64,000 nt of DNA from a virus (IMGVR_UViG_3300027886_000005:2249-66248), one strand, 5' to 3'; positions 17,544 to 27,506 are shown, counted from the stretch's first letter. The notes: a model not told the origin generated them from the letters alone. A program made the numbers and translations.

Positions 17544-17962
17544 TGTCGGACGTCAAAGTCGGCGACGTGGTCGCCTGGGACAAGGTGCGAGACGGCACGC
17601 TGGTGGAGCGCCGCGGCGTCTTTTTCGTGCGATTCCGCGGACACGGGTACGTTGTCGGCCCCCGCGTCTGGACGGACATCCGCAAGCTTCACCCGTGGCT
17701 CTGGGAGGACTGCGACGACATCAACGAGCCGAAGCCCACCATCATCGCCATGGGCCTCACCGGCCAGGAGACCGCGGCCGACTTGCAGCGGCTCGCCGAG
17801 GTCTTCGAGGTGCGGGAGGCGATAGCTGACGAAGTCCTCGAAAAGGCGCCTGGTGGTCTGACGCTTGACGAGGTGGCCGTGCGCCTCCACGCCGCCGGCT
17901 GGCGCCCCGGCATGGCCGCCGAGGGCGCGGCCCGCCTGCTCGCGGAGGTGCGCGATGGCTAA
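17543..17962 (+). CDS. Hypothetical protein
   Basis: TGATG overlap; MSDVKVGDVVAW. Confidence 0.6.
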   Translation: MSDVKVGDVVAWDKVRDGTLVERRGVFFVRFRGHGYVVGPRVWTDIRKLHPWLWEDCDDINEPKPTIIAMGLTGQETAADLQRLAEVFEVREAIADEVLEKAPGGLTLDEVAVRLHAAGWRPGMAAEGAARLLAEVRDG

Positions 17963-18569
17963 GAAGAACCTCCACCGACGTAAGGCCGTTGCGCTTCCGG
18001 CTGCCCACGTCGAGGTGTCAACCGACGCGATCACTATCGTCGTTCCTGAGGTCGTCGGCAAGAACTCCAGCCACACAGGCGGCCGCGGCGGGCTGCGCTT
18101 CACGTCGTCCCACACGAAGGCGTTCCGGGCGTCGGTAGAGTCGGGCATCATCACGCACAGGACGCTTGCTATGGCAGGACCCAACGTGTTGGAGGCCATC
18201 GGCAACTCGCAGGCGATGCGTGGCACCTGGCGCCTCGAGGTCGTCGGCGTGTGGCCGACCAAGCGCGACGTGGTCGCGGGCAGGCCGGCCGACTTCCTCA
18301 TGCCCTGCGGCGACGCCGACGCCGCCATCCCGCAGGCACTCGACGCGCTACAGTACGCTGGGGTCCTCGACGACGACGCGCGGGTCGTCGAGGTCAGGGC
18401 CTGGAACCTGTACCGTAAGGATGTGCGGGCGACGGTGATGCGGCTGGTGCGGGTGAGCCTTGACCTCGTCGAGCGCGACACAGCCATCGCCCACCTGCTC
18501 CCGCTCGTGCCACAATCCCCCGAGCCGCCGGCCAAGCCCGCGCGCAAGAGGAAGGCCAAGCCGACATGA
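17955..18569 (+). CDS. rusA: RusA-like Holliday junction resolvase
   Basis: GDADAAIPQALDALQYAGVLDDDARVVE resembles the RusA DxD..K..D...DD motif. Confidence 0.65.
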   Translation: MAKKNLHRRKAVALPAAHVEVSTDAITIVVPEVVGKNSSHTGGRGGLRFTSSHTKAFRASVESGIITHRTLAMAGPNVLEAIGNSQAMRGTWRLEVVGVWPTKRDVVAGRPADFLMPCGDADAAIPQALDALQYAGVLDDDARVVEVRAWNLYRKDVRATVMRLVRVSLDLVERDTAIAHLLPLVPQSPEPPAKPARKRKAKPT

Positions 18570-19069
18570 GGTTCAACATCCCCCCACCGCTCGGCCTGTC
18601 GTCCCAACGCGTCGAGGTCCTCGCCGTCCCGCCGCACCCGGCAGCGGCGTTTGGCGGCCTCGAGGGTACGGGCCGATCCTGCGCCTCGTTCCACGAGCGG
18701 TCCGCCGTCCTCGCCGACGTGGTCACCGTCGCCTCGGCCCGCTGGATCGCCTGGGCCGTCCGCGAGGCGCTCGAGGGCCGCACCCCGCGGACCCGCGCGT
18801 TCCTCTCGCCGGTCCTGTCCGGCGGCCCCGGGTTCGATCTGGGCCGCGGGCCCGTCGCCGGCCCCATGGTGTTCGGCGGCGAGACCTGCAGGCCGGGCTG
18901 GCCCGACGGGTGGATGTGCGACCACCCGTCGCACGACGTCCTGCCACCCCACGAGGCGCTGCTCCCGGCCCGCCGCGTGGTCGTGGAGGACGCGGGCGAC
19001 GTGCTGCTCGACGACTTCGACGACGGCCTGTCGTGGCCCCTGGTCGTCGTGGAGGGGGCGAGCGCGTGA
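18566..19069 (+). CDS. Hypothetical protein
   Basis: ATGA coupling. Confidence 0.55.
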   Translation: MRFNIPPPLGLSSQRVEVLAVPPHPAAAFGGLEGTGRSCASFHERSAVLADVVTVASARWIAWAVREALEGRTPRTRAFLSPVLSGGPGFDLGRGPVAGPMVFGGETCRPGWPDGWMCDHPSHDVLPPHEALLPARRVVVEDAGDVLLDDFDDGLSWPLVVVEGASA

Positions 19070-19818
19070 CCTGGGAGATGCCAGCCGGCCGTGCCGGTCA
19101 CTTCGACATGTGCACCTCGCCGTGGCTCATCTTCACCGAGGACAGTCGCGAACTGCTGCCGCGCCTGCCGGACGGGTTCGCCGACCACGTGATCACCGAC
19201 CCGCCGTACGACAAGAAGACGCACGAGGGGGCGAGAACTGGGGCTAGCGCTGACAAGGACCTCGGCATCGACTTCGATGCCATTGACGGGGATGTGTCAT
19301 TTGTGGGCGACTGCGTGCGACTGGCGCGCCGCTGGGTGTTGGCGACATGTGCAATGGAGCAAGTGGGAGCGTATCGAGATGCCTCTGGAGAATCGTGGAT
19401 CCGAGGTGGCTTCTGGCACAAGCCAGACGCCATGCCTCAGGTGAGCGGAGATAGGCCGTCGACCCCTGGTGAGTGCATGGCGATCATGCATAGGACTGGG
19501 CGGAAACGCTGGAATGGCGGCGGCTTCCCAGCCTTCTGGTCTGTCCCCATTGAGCGATCCGACCGGGTCCACCCGACGCAGAAGCCACTGGCCCTGATAC
19601 TCCGCCTCGTCGAGCAGTTCACCGACCCCGGCGACGTCGTCCTCGACCCATTCTGCGGGAGCGGCACGACGGGCGTCGCATGTTTGCGTCTCGGCCGGCG
19701 GTTCGTCGGCGTCGAGCGTGACCCGAGGTACGCCGCGCTGGCCCACGAGCGGCTACTGGCCGAGTCGTCGGGCCTCACCCTGCGCGCCGCCCGAGCCGGC
19801 CAGATCACGCTCCTGTAG
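19066..19818 (+). CDS. DNA methyltransferase (N6/N4, beta class; DPPY)
   Basis: ITDPPY, HPTQKP, VLDPFCGSGTTG. Confidence 0.9.
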   Translation: MTWEMPAGRAGHFDMCTSPWLIFTEDSRELLPRLPDGFADHVITDPPYDKKTHEGARTGASADKDLGIDFDAIDGDVSFVGDCVRLARRWVLATCAMEQVGAYRDASGESWIRGGFWHKPDAMPQVSGDRPSTPGECMAIMHRTGRKRWNGGGFPAFWSVPIERSDRVHPTQKPLALILRLVEQFTDPGDVVLDPFCGSGTTGVACLRLGRRFVGVERDPRYAALAHERLLAESSGLTLRAARAGQITLL

Positions 19819-20568
19819 GTGGCCGCCCGCCCCCGCCGCGCCCACGCTCCCGCCGTGCCCCTCGTGCGAGACGAAGACGGACCGCTCCAGCCGGGCCTCC
19901 CGGGCGTCCTGCCAGAGGAGGCGCCGCTCCCGTCCGAAGTCGTGCTTGACGGCGGGGTCCTCGACCGGCGCCGCCGCGAGGCCCTCGCCGCGATCCGGGC
20001 GACGCTACTCGAAAGGCCTGAGGACTTCACCCCAGAGGAATGGCGCGTCGTCGTCGCCATGTTGGCGCCACCGACCGCTCACCTCGGCCGCCGGCCCGGC
20101 ACCGCCGCCGCGCGCTACGGGGTCGTCCAGACGGCCCGCGACTGCTTCCCCCACCTGGGCTCCACCCAGGCCGTCGCCCGCTTCCGCGAGGCCCAGGCGC
20201 GCCCGCACGTGGCCGCCTTCGTCGCCGACATGCGGGCGCTCGAGCTCGTCGACGTGCTCGACCAGCGCGGCCCGGTGCGCGAGCGCCTGTGGCAACTCAT
20301 CCGGCTGGCCGACGCCGTCGACCCGCTCGTCGCCGTGGACCCTGAGGCGGGCTCAAACCACGTCCGCGCCGCGGCCGTCGCCGTCCAGGCGATCAAGGTG
20401 CTGGTCGACATGGACGCCCTGCACGTGACCCCAACGGAAGTCGCCTCGCTGACCACGACCGCGTCGGCCAAGGACGAGGACGTCGCGGGCCTGTCTGACA
20501 AGGTCGCGCAGGTGGCCCGCGTCGCCGAGGATCTGCGGGCGAGGCGGCGGGAACGGGCGGGCGTATAA
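19819..20568 (+). CDS. Probable terminase small subunit
   Basis: Helical protein upstream of terL; call is by position only. Confidence 0.45.
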   Translation: MAARPRRAHAPAVPLVRDEDGPLQPGLPGVLPEEAPLPSEVVLDGGVLDRRRREALAAIRATLLERPEDFTPEEWRVVVAMLAPPTAHLGRRPGTAAARYGVVQTARDCFPHLGSTQAVARFREAQARPHVAAFVADMRALELVDVLDQRGPVRERLWQLIRLADAVDPLVAVDPEAGSNHVRAAAVAVQAIKVLVDMDALHVTPTEVASLTTTASAKDEDVAGLSDKVAQVARVAEDLRARRRERAGV

Positions 20569-20584
20569 TGCTATCATGCCCGTA

Positions 20585-20833
20585 ATGGCTACCACCCGCG
20601 AAAAACTCATCGAGTCCGGCCTGTTCAGGGAGACGACCTCGCGCGACCTCGTCGCCGATTTCCCCGAGAACGAAAATGATAACATCCGCATGACGCTCGA
20701 GTTCGATTCATTCGGTGACCTCGTCCACCTGAGTGCGTGCATCGTCAGCAAGCCACTCGCAGAGATGGTCGCCCAGAACCGTCGCGCGCTCGGCCTTCCT
20801 CCGCAGCACAGCGTCGAGGCAGGCCACCTCTAA
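20585..20833 (+). CDS. Inserted hypothetical gene between the putative terS and terL
   Basis: TGC-TATCAT-7nt-ATG. Confidence 0.6.
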   Translation: MATTREKLIESGLFRETTSRDLVADFPENENDNIRMTLEFDSFGDLVHLSACIVSKPLAEMVAQNRRALGLPPQHSVEAGHL

Positions 20834-20836
20834 CAC

Positions 20837-22711
20837 GTGCTCGGCCTCTACGACCTTCTCGACGCCGGCGTCGCCGAGCCCGACCTGACGGCCTGGCTCG
20901 GTGGCCGCGCCGTGCCCAGGCTGCCGTCGCTGTCGCCGAAGGAGCGGCGGGCCATCTGCGAGGCGTGGTGGTTCTGGGCGCGTCCCGGGCAGCGCTGGGA
21001 GCCCGGCCCCGAGTTCATCACCGACTTCGAGTGCGGCCGCGGGTTCGGCAAGGACTACCTCGTCAGCCAGACCATATGCCAGCAGGCCGCGCTCGACCCG
21101 GAGCGCTGGGGCGGCTACGCGATCGTCGTCGGCCCCGACCCCACACAAGTGAAGCGCGATTGCCTGTTCGGCCCGTCCGGCATCTTCCCCGCGGCCGAGC
21201 GGGCGGCGAGGTCCGGCAACGGCCCGGCCATCGTCGACCGGAACCTCGTCGACCGGTGGCTCCGCTTCGAGTCGCCGCGGGGCGGCGGCTCGGGCGGCCT
21301 CACCGTGTATTGGGCCGCGTCCTCCGACCCGAAGTCCGTCCACGGCGCGAACGTCGGCCTCGTGTGGTGGGACGAGTTCGGGGTCTCGTACCACCGCCGC
21401 TACGACGAGCAGGGCAACAACGCGTGGCGGGCACTGCTGCCGGCGGTGCGCCTCGGCCTCGACCCGAAGATCATCATCACGCAGACGCCGAGCCGGGCGC
21501 CGGAGGTGCGGGCGCTGCAGGCCGACGCCGAGCGGCCCGAGTGCCCGCGGTGCCGGGCCGAGGCGCTCGCCCGCGGGCCGTACGTCGGGGCGCCGCTGCA
21601 GGAGCCGTGGAGGCTTCTGCGGTCGCCGCAGCGACGACTGCACCCAGCGCTCGACACCCGCACCACCGAACCGGTGCGCGAGTGCCCGGCCTGCGGCTCG
21701 CGCGTCGTGGCCCGCGTGCGGACCGTGTTCGGGGCGACGACCGACAACCCGTCGCTGGCGGCCCGGGCCCGAGACGACGCGGCACGCGAGCTCGAGGGCG
21801 GGACCGCGGCGGCCCGGCTCCGGTTCGCCCCGCGCGGGGAGGCCGACGCCGGCGGCGAGGGGGCGCTCATCCGCCACGAGCACGTGCTCGAGGTGACGGC
21901 CGGCGCCCCGCCAGCACGGCCCGGCGGCCCCGTCCCCGACCTGCACATGCGCGCTCTGGACGAGGTTGGGGCCGACGAGGTCGTGGTGTTCGTGGACCCC
22001 GCCGTCACCGCCTCGGAATCCTCCGACGAGACGGGCCTCGTCGCCGCATGCGTGCGCCGGACCACCCACGGCGGCCGCGAGGTCCGCCAGGCGGTGGGCC
22101 TCACCGACGCGAGCGTGCGGCCCGACGAGGTCGCCTCGGGCCCTCCGAGCGCCGTGTGGGCCCCGCGGGCGTACTGGCAGGCGGTGCTCTGGGGCGCGAG
22201 GCGGATCGTCGTCGAGGTCAACCAGGGCGGTGAGGAGGTGCTGTCCGCGGTGCGCGATCTGTGCGACCGGCCGCCGAGCGAGGCGGAGTGCCTGGCGCGG
22301 CTGCGGGGGGAGCACCCAGGGGCCAGCGACGCGCAGCTCGGCGCGCTGACCCGGCGCCTCGCCACCAGCGCCCGCGGCATCGCGGTCGAGGCCGTCCGGC
22401 GGCGGGCGCCCAAGCCGGCCCGCGCGGAGTGGTACGGCCGCACCGCGAGCCTCGGCCAGCAGGCCGTCCTCTGCGTCGAGTGGCAGGACGGGGCGAGGCA
22501 CTGGCAGACGTGCGTCGGCCAGGCGACCGGATACGAGCCGCCGCGGGCCGACGCGCCGCCGTCCGCCCGCCGCGACCGCAAGGACCGTTGGGACGCCTTG
22601 TGCGGCACGGCCCAGGTCCTCCTCGGCGTGCGCGAGACGGCCCGCGGCGAGGTTGAGGACGCGCAAGGACAAGGGTGGATGGGGCAGGTCAGCAAGTCGT
22701 CGCTGCGCTGA
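20837..22711 (+). CDS. terL: Terminase large subunit
   Basis: GRGFGK Walker A, WWDEFG Walker B, ITQTP, FVDPA..SDETG, VEVNQGGE, DRWDA. Confidence 0.9.
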   Translation: MLGLYDLLDAGVAEPDLTAWLGGRAVPRLPSLSPKERRAICEAWWFWARPGQRWEPGPEFITDFECGRGFGKDYLVSQTICQQAALDPERWGGYAIVVGPDPTQVKRDCLFGPSGIFPAAERAARSGNGPAIVDRNLVDRWLRFESPRGGGSGGLTVYWAASSDPKSVHGANVGLVWWDEFGVSYHRRYDEQGNNAWRALLPAVRLGLDPKIIITQTPSRAPEVRALQADAERPECPRCRAEALARGPYVGAPLQEPWRLLRSPQRRLHPALDTRTTEPVRECPACGSRVVARVRTVFGATTDNPSLAARARDDAARELEGGTAAARLRFAPRGEADAGGEGALIRHEHVLEVTAGAPPARPGGPVPDLHMRALDEVGADEVVVFVDPAVTASESSDETGLVAACVRRTTHGGREVRQAVGLTDASVRPDEVASGPPSAVWAPRAYWQAVLWGARRIVVEVNQGGEEVLSAVRDLCDRPPSEAECLARLRGEHPGASDAQLGALTRRLATSARGIAVEAVRRRAPKPARAEWYGRTASLGQQAVLCVEWQDGARHWQTCVGQATGYEPPRADAPPSARRDRKDRWDALCGTAQVLLGVRETARGEVEDAQGQGWMGQVSKSSLR

Positions 22712-22714
22712 TGA

Positions 22715-22954
22715 TCAGTCAGCGCTGGGTTCTGGCGTGGCCCAGTAGGTGGGGCTGCACTCTACGATGACCCTCCACTTGGTGATGGCGCTGGCTTCGT
22801 CTCGCACGCTGATGCGGCGGCCATGCTCAAACATGCTGTCGCACTCGGCCTGCTCCGCCCATCCTTCAGCGGCGTCGCTCTCGCAGGCTGCGATGATGAC
22901 GACCGAGTCGTCGATGGTTTCACACTCGTCGTCCCACACGATGAAACTGGGCAT
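22715..22954 (-). CDS. Inserted hypothetical gene
   Basis: TGC-TACCAT-6nt-ATG. Confidence 0.6.
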   Translation of the reverse strand: MPSFIVWDDECETIDDSVVIIAACESDAAEGWAEQAECDSMFEHGRRISVRDEASAITKWRVIVECSPTYWATPEPSAD

Positions 22955-23022
22955 GTGGACATGGTAGCACGCGCGAACACGTTACCTTGTCGCTCGCCGC
23001 CCGACGCGCCACACTGCATCTC

Positions 23023-23436
23023 ATGCAGCAGCCCACCATGTTCGCCCACGACGGCGCCACCATCTACTACCCCACCGCGCCCGGGCGCGTGTACATGATC
23101 GCCGTCGCCGCGCTCGCGGACGTCGACGGATCCGACGAGGACATGCTCGACTCGACGAACACGGGAGACATCTCCGACCTCGTCGCCACGTCCAAGAGCA
23201 GCGGCGGCCGACTCTCCGCCCTCATCACGGGTGACCGACTCTTGCCTCCAGGGGCGTGGCCCCGCGTCTACGCCGAGGTCGACGGCGACCTGTCGGGGCT
23301 CGTCGACCACGAGGCCACCGCCCAGGACTTCCACGACGCGCTCGAGCAGTGGGCCGACTGGTGCGACCGCGACTCGGCCCGGCTGGACTCGCTCGACGAG
23401 GTCCGCGGGGCCATCGAGCGGTCGGCGGCGGCCTGA
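23023..23436 (+). CDS. Hypothetical protein
   Basis: CACACT-7nt-ATG; acidic globular ORF. Confidence 0.55.
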   Translation: MQQPTMFAHDGATIYYPTAPGRVYMIAVAALADVDGSDEDMLDSTNTGDISDLVATSKSSGGRLSALITGDRLLPPGAWPRVYAEVDGDLSGLVDHEATAQDFHDALEQWADWCDRDSARLDSLDEVRGAIERSAAA

Positions 23437-23474
23437 ACGCAGGTCACGCGCGGACGTGCTATCCTGTCTGCGTC

Positions 23475-23966
23475 ATGACCGCCCGCAAGAGAGCCGACCG
23501 CCTCGCCAAGATCACGTGCCCCCGCCAGGCCGCGGTGGCGAGGGCCGTCAGTCCGATCCTCGACGTGTTCTCCACCGGGTTCGCCAAGATGGGGCCGGAC
23601 GAGCGGCTCGCCGCGTTCGTGCCGGCGGACGACTACGCGGCCAGGTGGCGCAACGCGGTGCGCATGCCCGCGCTGGGGATGGTCGCGCGCCTGGGCCGGG
23701 ACCTGGGGCTCGGCACCAACGAGCTCCACGGCGACGCGAAGCTGCGCGGCCGGACGCAGGTGCCCGAGCTCGCGGGCATCAACAGGACGACGCTCCTGAA
23801 CGCGCTGTGGATCTGCGACGCGATGCTCGAGGACCAGGCTGACATGCCGGCGCTCGCCCTCGCCCGCTACACCACGATCCGCTCGCGCGCGCAGGCGGAG
23901 GTCCGGTCCGAGCGGTCGCGCAACGAGTGCGAGTGCTCCGCGTGCTCGAAGGAGCGCGCCGCATAG
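23475..23966 (+). CDS. Hypothetical protein, possible regulator
   Basis: Class-A promoter; C-terminal CECSAC; directly upstream of the sigma gene. Confidence 0.55.
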   Translation: MTARKRADRLAKITCPRQAAVARAVSPILDVFSTGFAKMGPDERLAAFVPADDYAARWRNAVRMPALGMVARLGRDLGLGTNELHGDAKLRGRTQVPELAGINRTTLLNALWICDAMLEDQADMPALALARYTTIRSRAQAEVRSERSRNECECSACSKERAA

Positions 23967-23981
23967 TTCACGGCGTTCAGA

Positions 23982-24022
23982 GAGACATGATAGCTTGACT
24001 CTCGTGCGGCGTCCTGTAGTGT
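23982..24022 (+). promoter_or_regulatory. Operator plus sigma70-type promoter of the phage sigma gene
   Basis: GAGACA-TGATAGCT-TGACTC; TTGACT-16nt-TAGTGT-7nt-ATG. Confidence 0.65.
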
Positions 24023-24029
24023 GCATCAC

Positions 24030-25235
24030 ATGCACGCCAGATTGCCCGCCGCCATGACGCACCACCCGATCTTCTCCGCCGAGGAGGAGCACGCCGCGTT
24101 CACCTCGATCCACGAGGCCCGCGTCGCCGCCTGGCTCGCCGTCCTCTCCGACCGCAACCTCGCCCCACGCTGCCTTCCACCGACCACTCCGGGGCTCGCC
24201 GAGCACGTGGTCTGGGACGCCGCCCGCGAGGCCGCGGTGATGCGGCCCGTCCGCGCCACCCTCGCCGCCGCCGCGTGGTACGCCGAGCCGCTGGCCCGCC
24301 GCCTCGCCGCCGACGACATGTCCTGCGAGGGGCTCTTAGCCGCCCGCGCCGTCGTCGGCCGCCTCGCCGCCCGCCGCTCCACGTCCCCCGCCTGGGTCCG
24401 CCAGGTCGGCGCCGCGATGGCCCGGCTCGCCGCCGCCGTCGACCACGTCGAGCGCCACAACCTGCGCCTCGTCGTCCAGCAGGCCTCCCGCCATTCCCAC
24501 CGCTGCAGCGCCCTCACGCTCCACGACCTCGTCGGCTACGGCGCCCTGGGCCTGCGGATGGCCGTCCTGCGCTTCGACGTCTCCCGCGGCCTGCGCTTCT
24601 CGACCATGGCCACGCACTGGATCAGCCACCCGATCCGCCGCGCGATCCAGGACCGCCGGTCGACGATCCGCGTCCCGGTGCACATGCAGGAGCGCATGGC
24701 CAAGGTCGCCCAGGCCCGGCGCGTGCTGCTGAACGCCACCGGCGAGGAGCCGACCGTCGAGCGGCTGGCGGAGGCCACGGGCGAGCGCGACGTCGCCGGG
24801 GTCCTCGAGGTCCTGCACATGGGCGGCGAGGCGGTGTCGATCGACGCCCCGACGTGGCGGGACGACGGCTCCACGGAGGCCATCCGCGACTCGCTCGCGG
24901 ACGTCGGAGCCCCGACGCAGGACGAGGTCGTCCACGACCGGGAGCGACGGGGCCTCGCCGCGCGCCTGCTCGACGCGCTCGACGACCGCGAGCGGTTCAT
25001 CGTCGAGGCGCGGTGGGGGATGCTGGGCGGAGAGGAGTCCTCATACAAGGACCTCGCCGACGTCCTGGGCGTCACGCGCCAGCGCGTGCAGCAGTTGCAG
25101 GAGGCGGCCATGCGCCGGCTCCGGGCTGCGGCAGACCGCATTGACGATCCCTCTCCGCGGAGGCCCGCGCAGAACGTCGCCCCCGCACACCGCCCGACGT
25201 TCTCGCCGGGCGTGCAGGTGCAGCTGGCGCTGTGA
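24030..25235 (+). CDS. RNA polymerase sigma-70 family factor (RpoD/RpoS-like regions 2-4)
   Basis: NLRLVV, DLVGYGALGL, FDVSRGLRFSTMATHWI, IRVPVHM, VSIDAP, LGVTRQRVQQLQEAAMRRLR. Confidence 0.92.
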   Translation: MHARLPAAMTHHPIFSAEEEHAAFTSIHEARVAAWLAVLSDRNLAPRCLPPTTPGLAEHVVWDAAREAAVMRPVRATLAAAAWYAEPLARRLAADDMSCEGLLAARAVVGRLAARRSTSPAWVRQVGAAMARLAAAVDHVERHNLRLVVQQASRHSHRCSALTLHDLVGYGALGLRMAVLRFDVSRGLRFSTMATHWISHPIRRAIQDRRSTIRVPVHMQERMAKVAQARRVLLNATGEEPTVERLAEATGERDVAGVLEVLHMGGEAVSIDAPTWRDDGSTEAIRDSLADVGAPTQDEVVHDRERRGLAARLLDALDDRERFIVEARWGMLGGEESSYKDLADVLGVTRQRVQQLQEAAMRRLRAAADRIDDPSPRRPAQNVAPAHRPTFSPGVQVQLAL

Positions 25236-27374
25236 CTACCACGCGACCGCGTCGGCCTGCGACCGGAACGACTCCCACGACTCACTGCGCTCCGCCGGAG
25301 AGTCGCTGATCGTGACGGCGACCGCATGGCGGGTGGCGGCCGGTGGCACATGGACAACCGGCGTGGCGGCGGGGGGGTCGACAACCCGCTCGCCGAGGTC
25401 CGGCCGCGCCTCCCCGCCGGCGATCCGCCGCAGCGCCTCGACGGCCCGCGCGTAGATCTTCCGTACGGATTCCTTGGCCAACGTCCTCCCGCTGCACGCG
25501 AGCCCGGACTCGCCGATCGACAGGAAGCTCTCTCCACCGGCGCCCTGCGTGCCCTCGGCGATCGAGTCGAGGCCGTGGTGCCGGCGGACGACCTCGGCCA
25601 TCTCGGGCCCGCGCAGGTCGCCGTCGCCCGAGGCGCGCAGGGCCGCCAGCGCGGACAGGGCCCGGCCCCACCGCGAGGCAGCCTCCTCCTCGTCGGCCTC
25701 GCGCTCGAAGTCGTCGGGCGCCGCGAGCACGGCCGCGGCCCGCTCGACCCCGCCGGCGCCGTCCGTGCCCTGCGAGTCCTCGTCGTCGTCCCCGCCGCTA
25801 CCGACCCCGACGAACACCGGGGCGCCGTGCCGGAGGGCCGCCAGCAGGCCCGACCCGCTGGCGCCCTTGATCTCGAGCACCTTCGCCACCCACGCGGCGA
25901 GGAACTCGCGGGCCTGCTCGGGCAAGCGGTCGACTGCGCCCGAGGCGGCCACCTTGGACCGGGAGCGCCACGGCGGGCGCGGCCGGCTGCCGAGCGCGGA
26001 CCGCATGAGCCGGCGGCGCGGTGACGGGCCTGGCGGCGGGAGGGCGGCGGCCATGGCCTCGCGGGCGATCTCGTCGACAGGGCGCCCGGCCAGCAGCGCC
26101 CGGCGCGTGCGGCGGGTCGGGCGGCTGCCGGGGACGACCTCGACGGACTCGGCGAGGAAGAGGAGGTCGGCGAGGACCAGCGCGTGCCCCGGCGTCGTCG
26201 ACTCCGCCAGCGACTCGATCGCCGCCAGCAGCGCCCGGGCGGCGTCGTGGCCGTGCAGGTGCAGCCGGTCCTGCACGGCCCGGCGCAGGTCCAGCACCCA
26301 CGGGGGCACGCCGACGAGGTCGCGCCGGGCCCACGCCTCGCCGCTGCCCTGTCGGGCCCACGCGGCGGCGTACGTCGTGAAGCGGGCGTGCCGGGCGTCA
26401 TAGTCGAGCCCCCCGCGGTCGAGGCCGATCATCGCGCCCTGGGTCAGGTCGGCCCGGGTGACGCCGTCGCGGGGCGAGTGGTAGCGCAGCTGCACCGCGA
26501 TCCCGGTGCGGCCGTTCGTGCGCACGTTCCGCTGGCGCGCGGCCATGAGCGGGCCCACGGCGGCGAGGACCTGCGGCGGGACGCCGGGCCGGGGCGAGCG
26601 GACGTCGGCGGCCGCTACGGCGGCGTGGAGGCGGTGGGCGCCCTCGTCGGCCCACGCGCCGGGGTCGTCGACGGGCCTGGGCGGCGCCGACGCCACGGCG
26701 GCGAGCAGGGCCCGCAGGTCGCGGTCGGCGGCGACGTCGTACCCGCTGGCGGCGCCGCGTGGCGTCTCGAGCGCCGCGGCCATGGTGGCGAGGTCGACGC
26801 TCCCGGCGGGGTAGAGCGCGAGGGTGCCGCAGCGCTCGACGGCCCCGGCGGCGCGGCGGACCTTGGACGGCCGGCAGGCGACGGCGCGCGGGCTCCAGGC
26901 GCGACGGGCGGCCGACACGACCTCGACCGCGTGGACGACGCCTGCATCGCGGAGGACGGGCGAGGAGACGACCACGGCGGCGCGGGCTGGCCGGGCCCGT
27001 CGCCTGCCGGCGGCGGGGCAGGGCCGAGGCTCCTCGCCCGGTCGCATCGGCCGGCGGCACCAGCGGCAGGCGGGCGGCGGGTCGAGCCAGTCGGCCACCG
27101 CGAGCCGGAGCTCGCGGACGCCGTCGCGCCCGGTGGGGTCGCCGGGCAGGGACCGGGCCCGGAGCGCGGCCGCGAGCCGCTCGGGGACGAGCCGCTCGGC
27201 CAGCGCCCAGAGCCGCCGCCGGAGCGGAAGGATCGCCGCGGCCGCCGCCTGGCCGTCGCGTTTGGCCTCCTCGGTGCTCACCCGGGCGTACGAGTCGACG
27301 ACCATCGCGGCGACCGGGGTGTCGAGCTCGTGCGCCCCATGCCGCTGGGGGCCCCTGATCTGGGTCTTACTCAC
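25236..27374 (-). CDS. Large divergent sigma-70-like protein
   Basis: Region 2 DLTQGAMIGLDRGGLDYDARHARFTTYAAAWARQ, VGVPPWV; region 4 VVRRHHGL...SFLSIG...ESVRKIYARAVEALR. Confidence 0.75.
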   Translation of the reverse strand: MSKTQIRGPQRHGAHELDTPVAAMVVDSYARVSTEEAKRDGQAAAAAILPLRRRLWALAERLVPERLAAALRARSLPGDPTGRDGVRELRLAVADWLDPPPACRWCRRPMRPGEEPRPCPAAGRRRARPARAAVVVSSPVLRDAGVVHAVEVVSAARRAWSPRAVACRPSKVRRAAGAVERCGTLALYPAGSVDLATMAAALETPRGAASGYDVAADRDLRALLAAVASAPPRPVDDPGAWADEGAHRLHAAVAAADVRSPRPGVPPQVLAAVGPLMAARQRNVRTNGRTGIAVQLRYHSPRDGVTRADLTQGAMIGLDRGGLDYDARHARFTTYAAAWARQGSGEAWARRDLVGVPPWVLDLRRAVQDRLHLHGHDAARALLAAIESLAESTTPGHALVLADLLFLAESVEVVPGSRPTRRTRRALLAGRPVDEIAREAMAAALPPPGPSPRRRLMRSALGSRPRPPWRSRSKVAASGAVDRLPEQAREFLAAWVAKVLEIKGASGSGLLAALRHGAPVFVGVGSGGDDDEDSQGTDGAGGVERAAAVLAAPDDFEREADEEEAASRWGRALSALAALRASGDGDLRGPEMAEVVRRHHGLDSIAEGTQGAGGESFLSIGESGLACSGRTLAKESVRKIYARAVEALRRIAGGEARPDLGERVVDPPAATPVVHVPPAATRHAVAVTISDSPAERSESWESFRSQADAVAW

Positions 27375-27457
27375 GAGGGGACATGGTAGCACGTCCGCGC
27401 GCGGCCCGAACGCCGTCCACCGGCCGGCCGACCCGCCGATAACTAAACGGCGTCAAG

Positions 27458-27499
27458 GAGACATGATAGCTTGTCTCCCGCCTGTAGGTCGTGTAGCTT
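27458..27499 (+). promoter_or_regulatory. Perfect dyad operator plus promoter
   Basis: GAGACA-TGATAGCT-TGTCTC; TTGTCT-17nt-TAGCTT-7nt-ATG 27507. Confidence 0.75.
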
Positions 27500-27506
27500 G
27501 GAGTCC

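Noticed and set aside
21520-21730. Intein in the terminase
   Set aside because: Too short, and no C/S...HN splice-junction motifs
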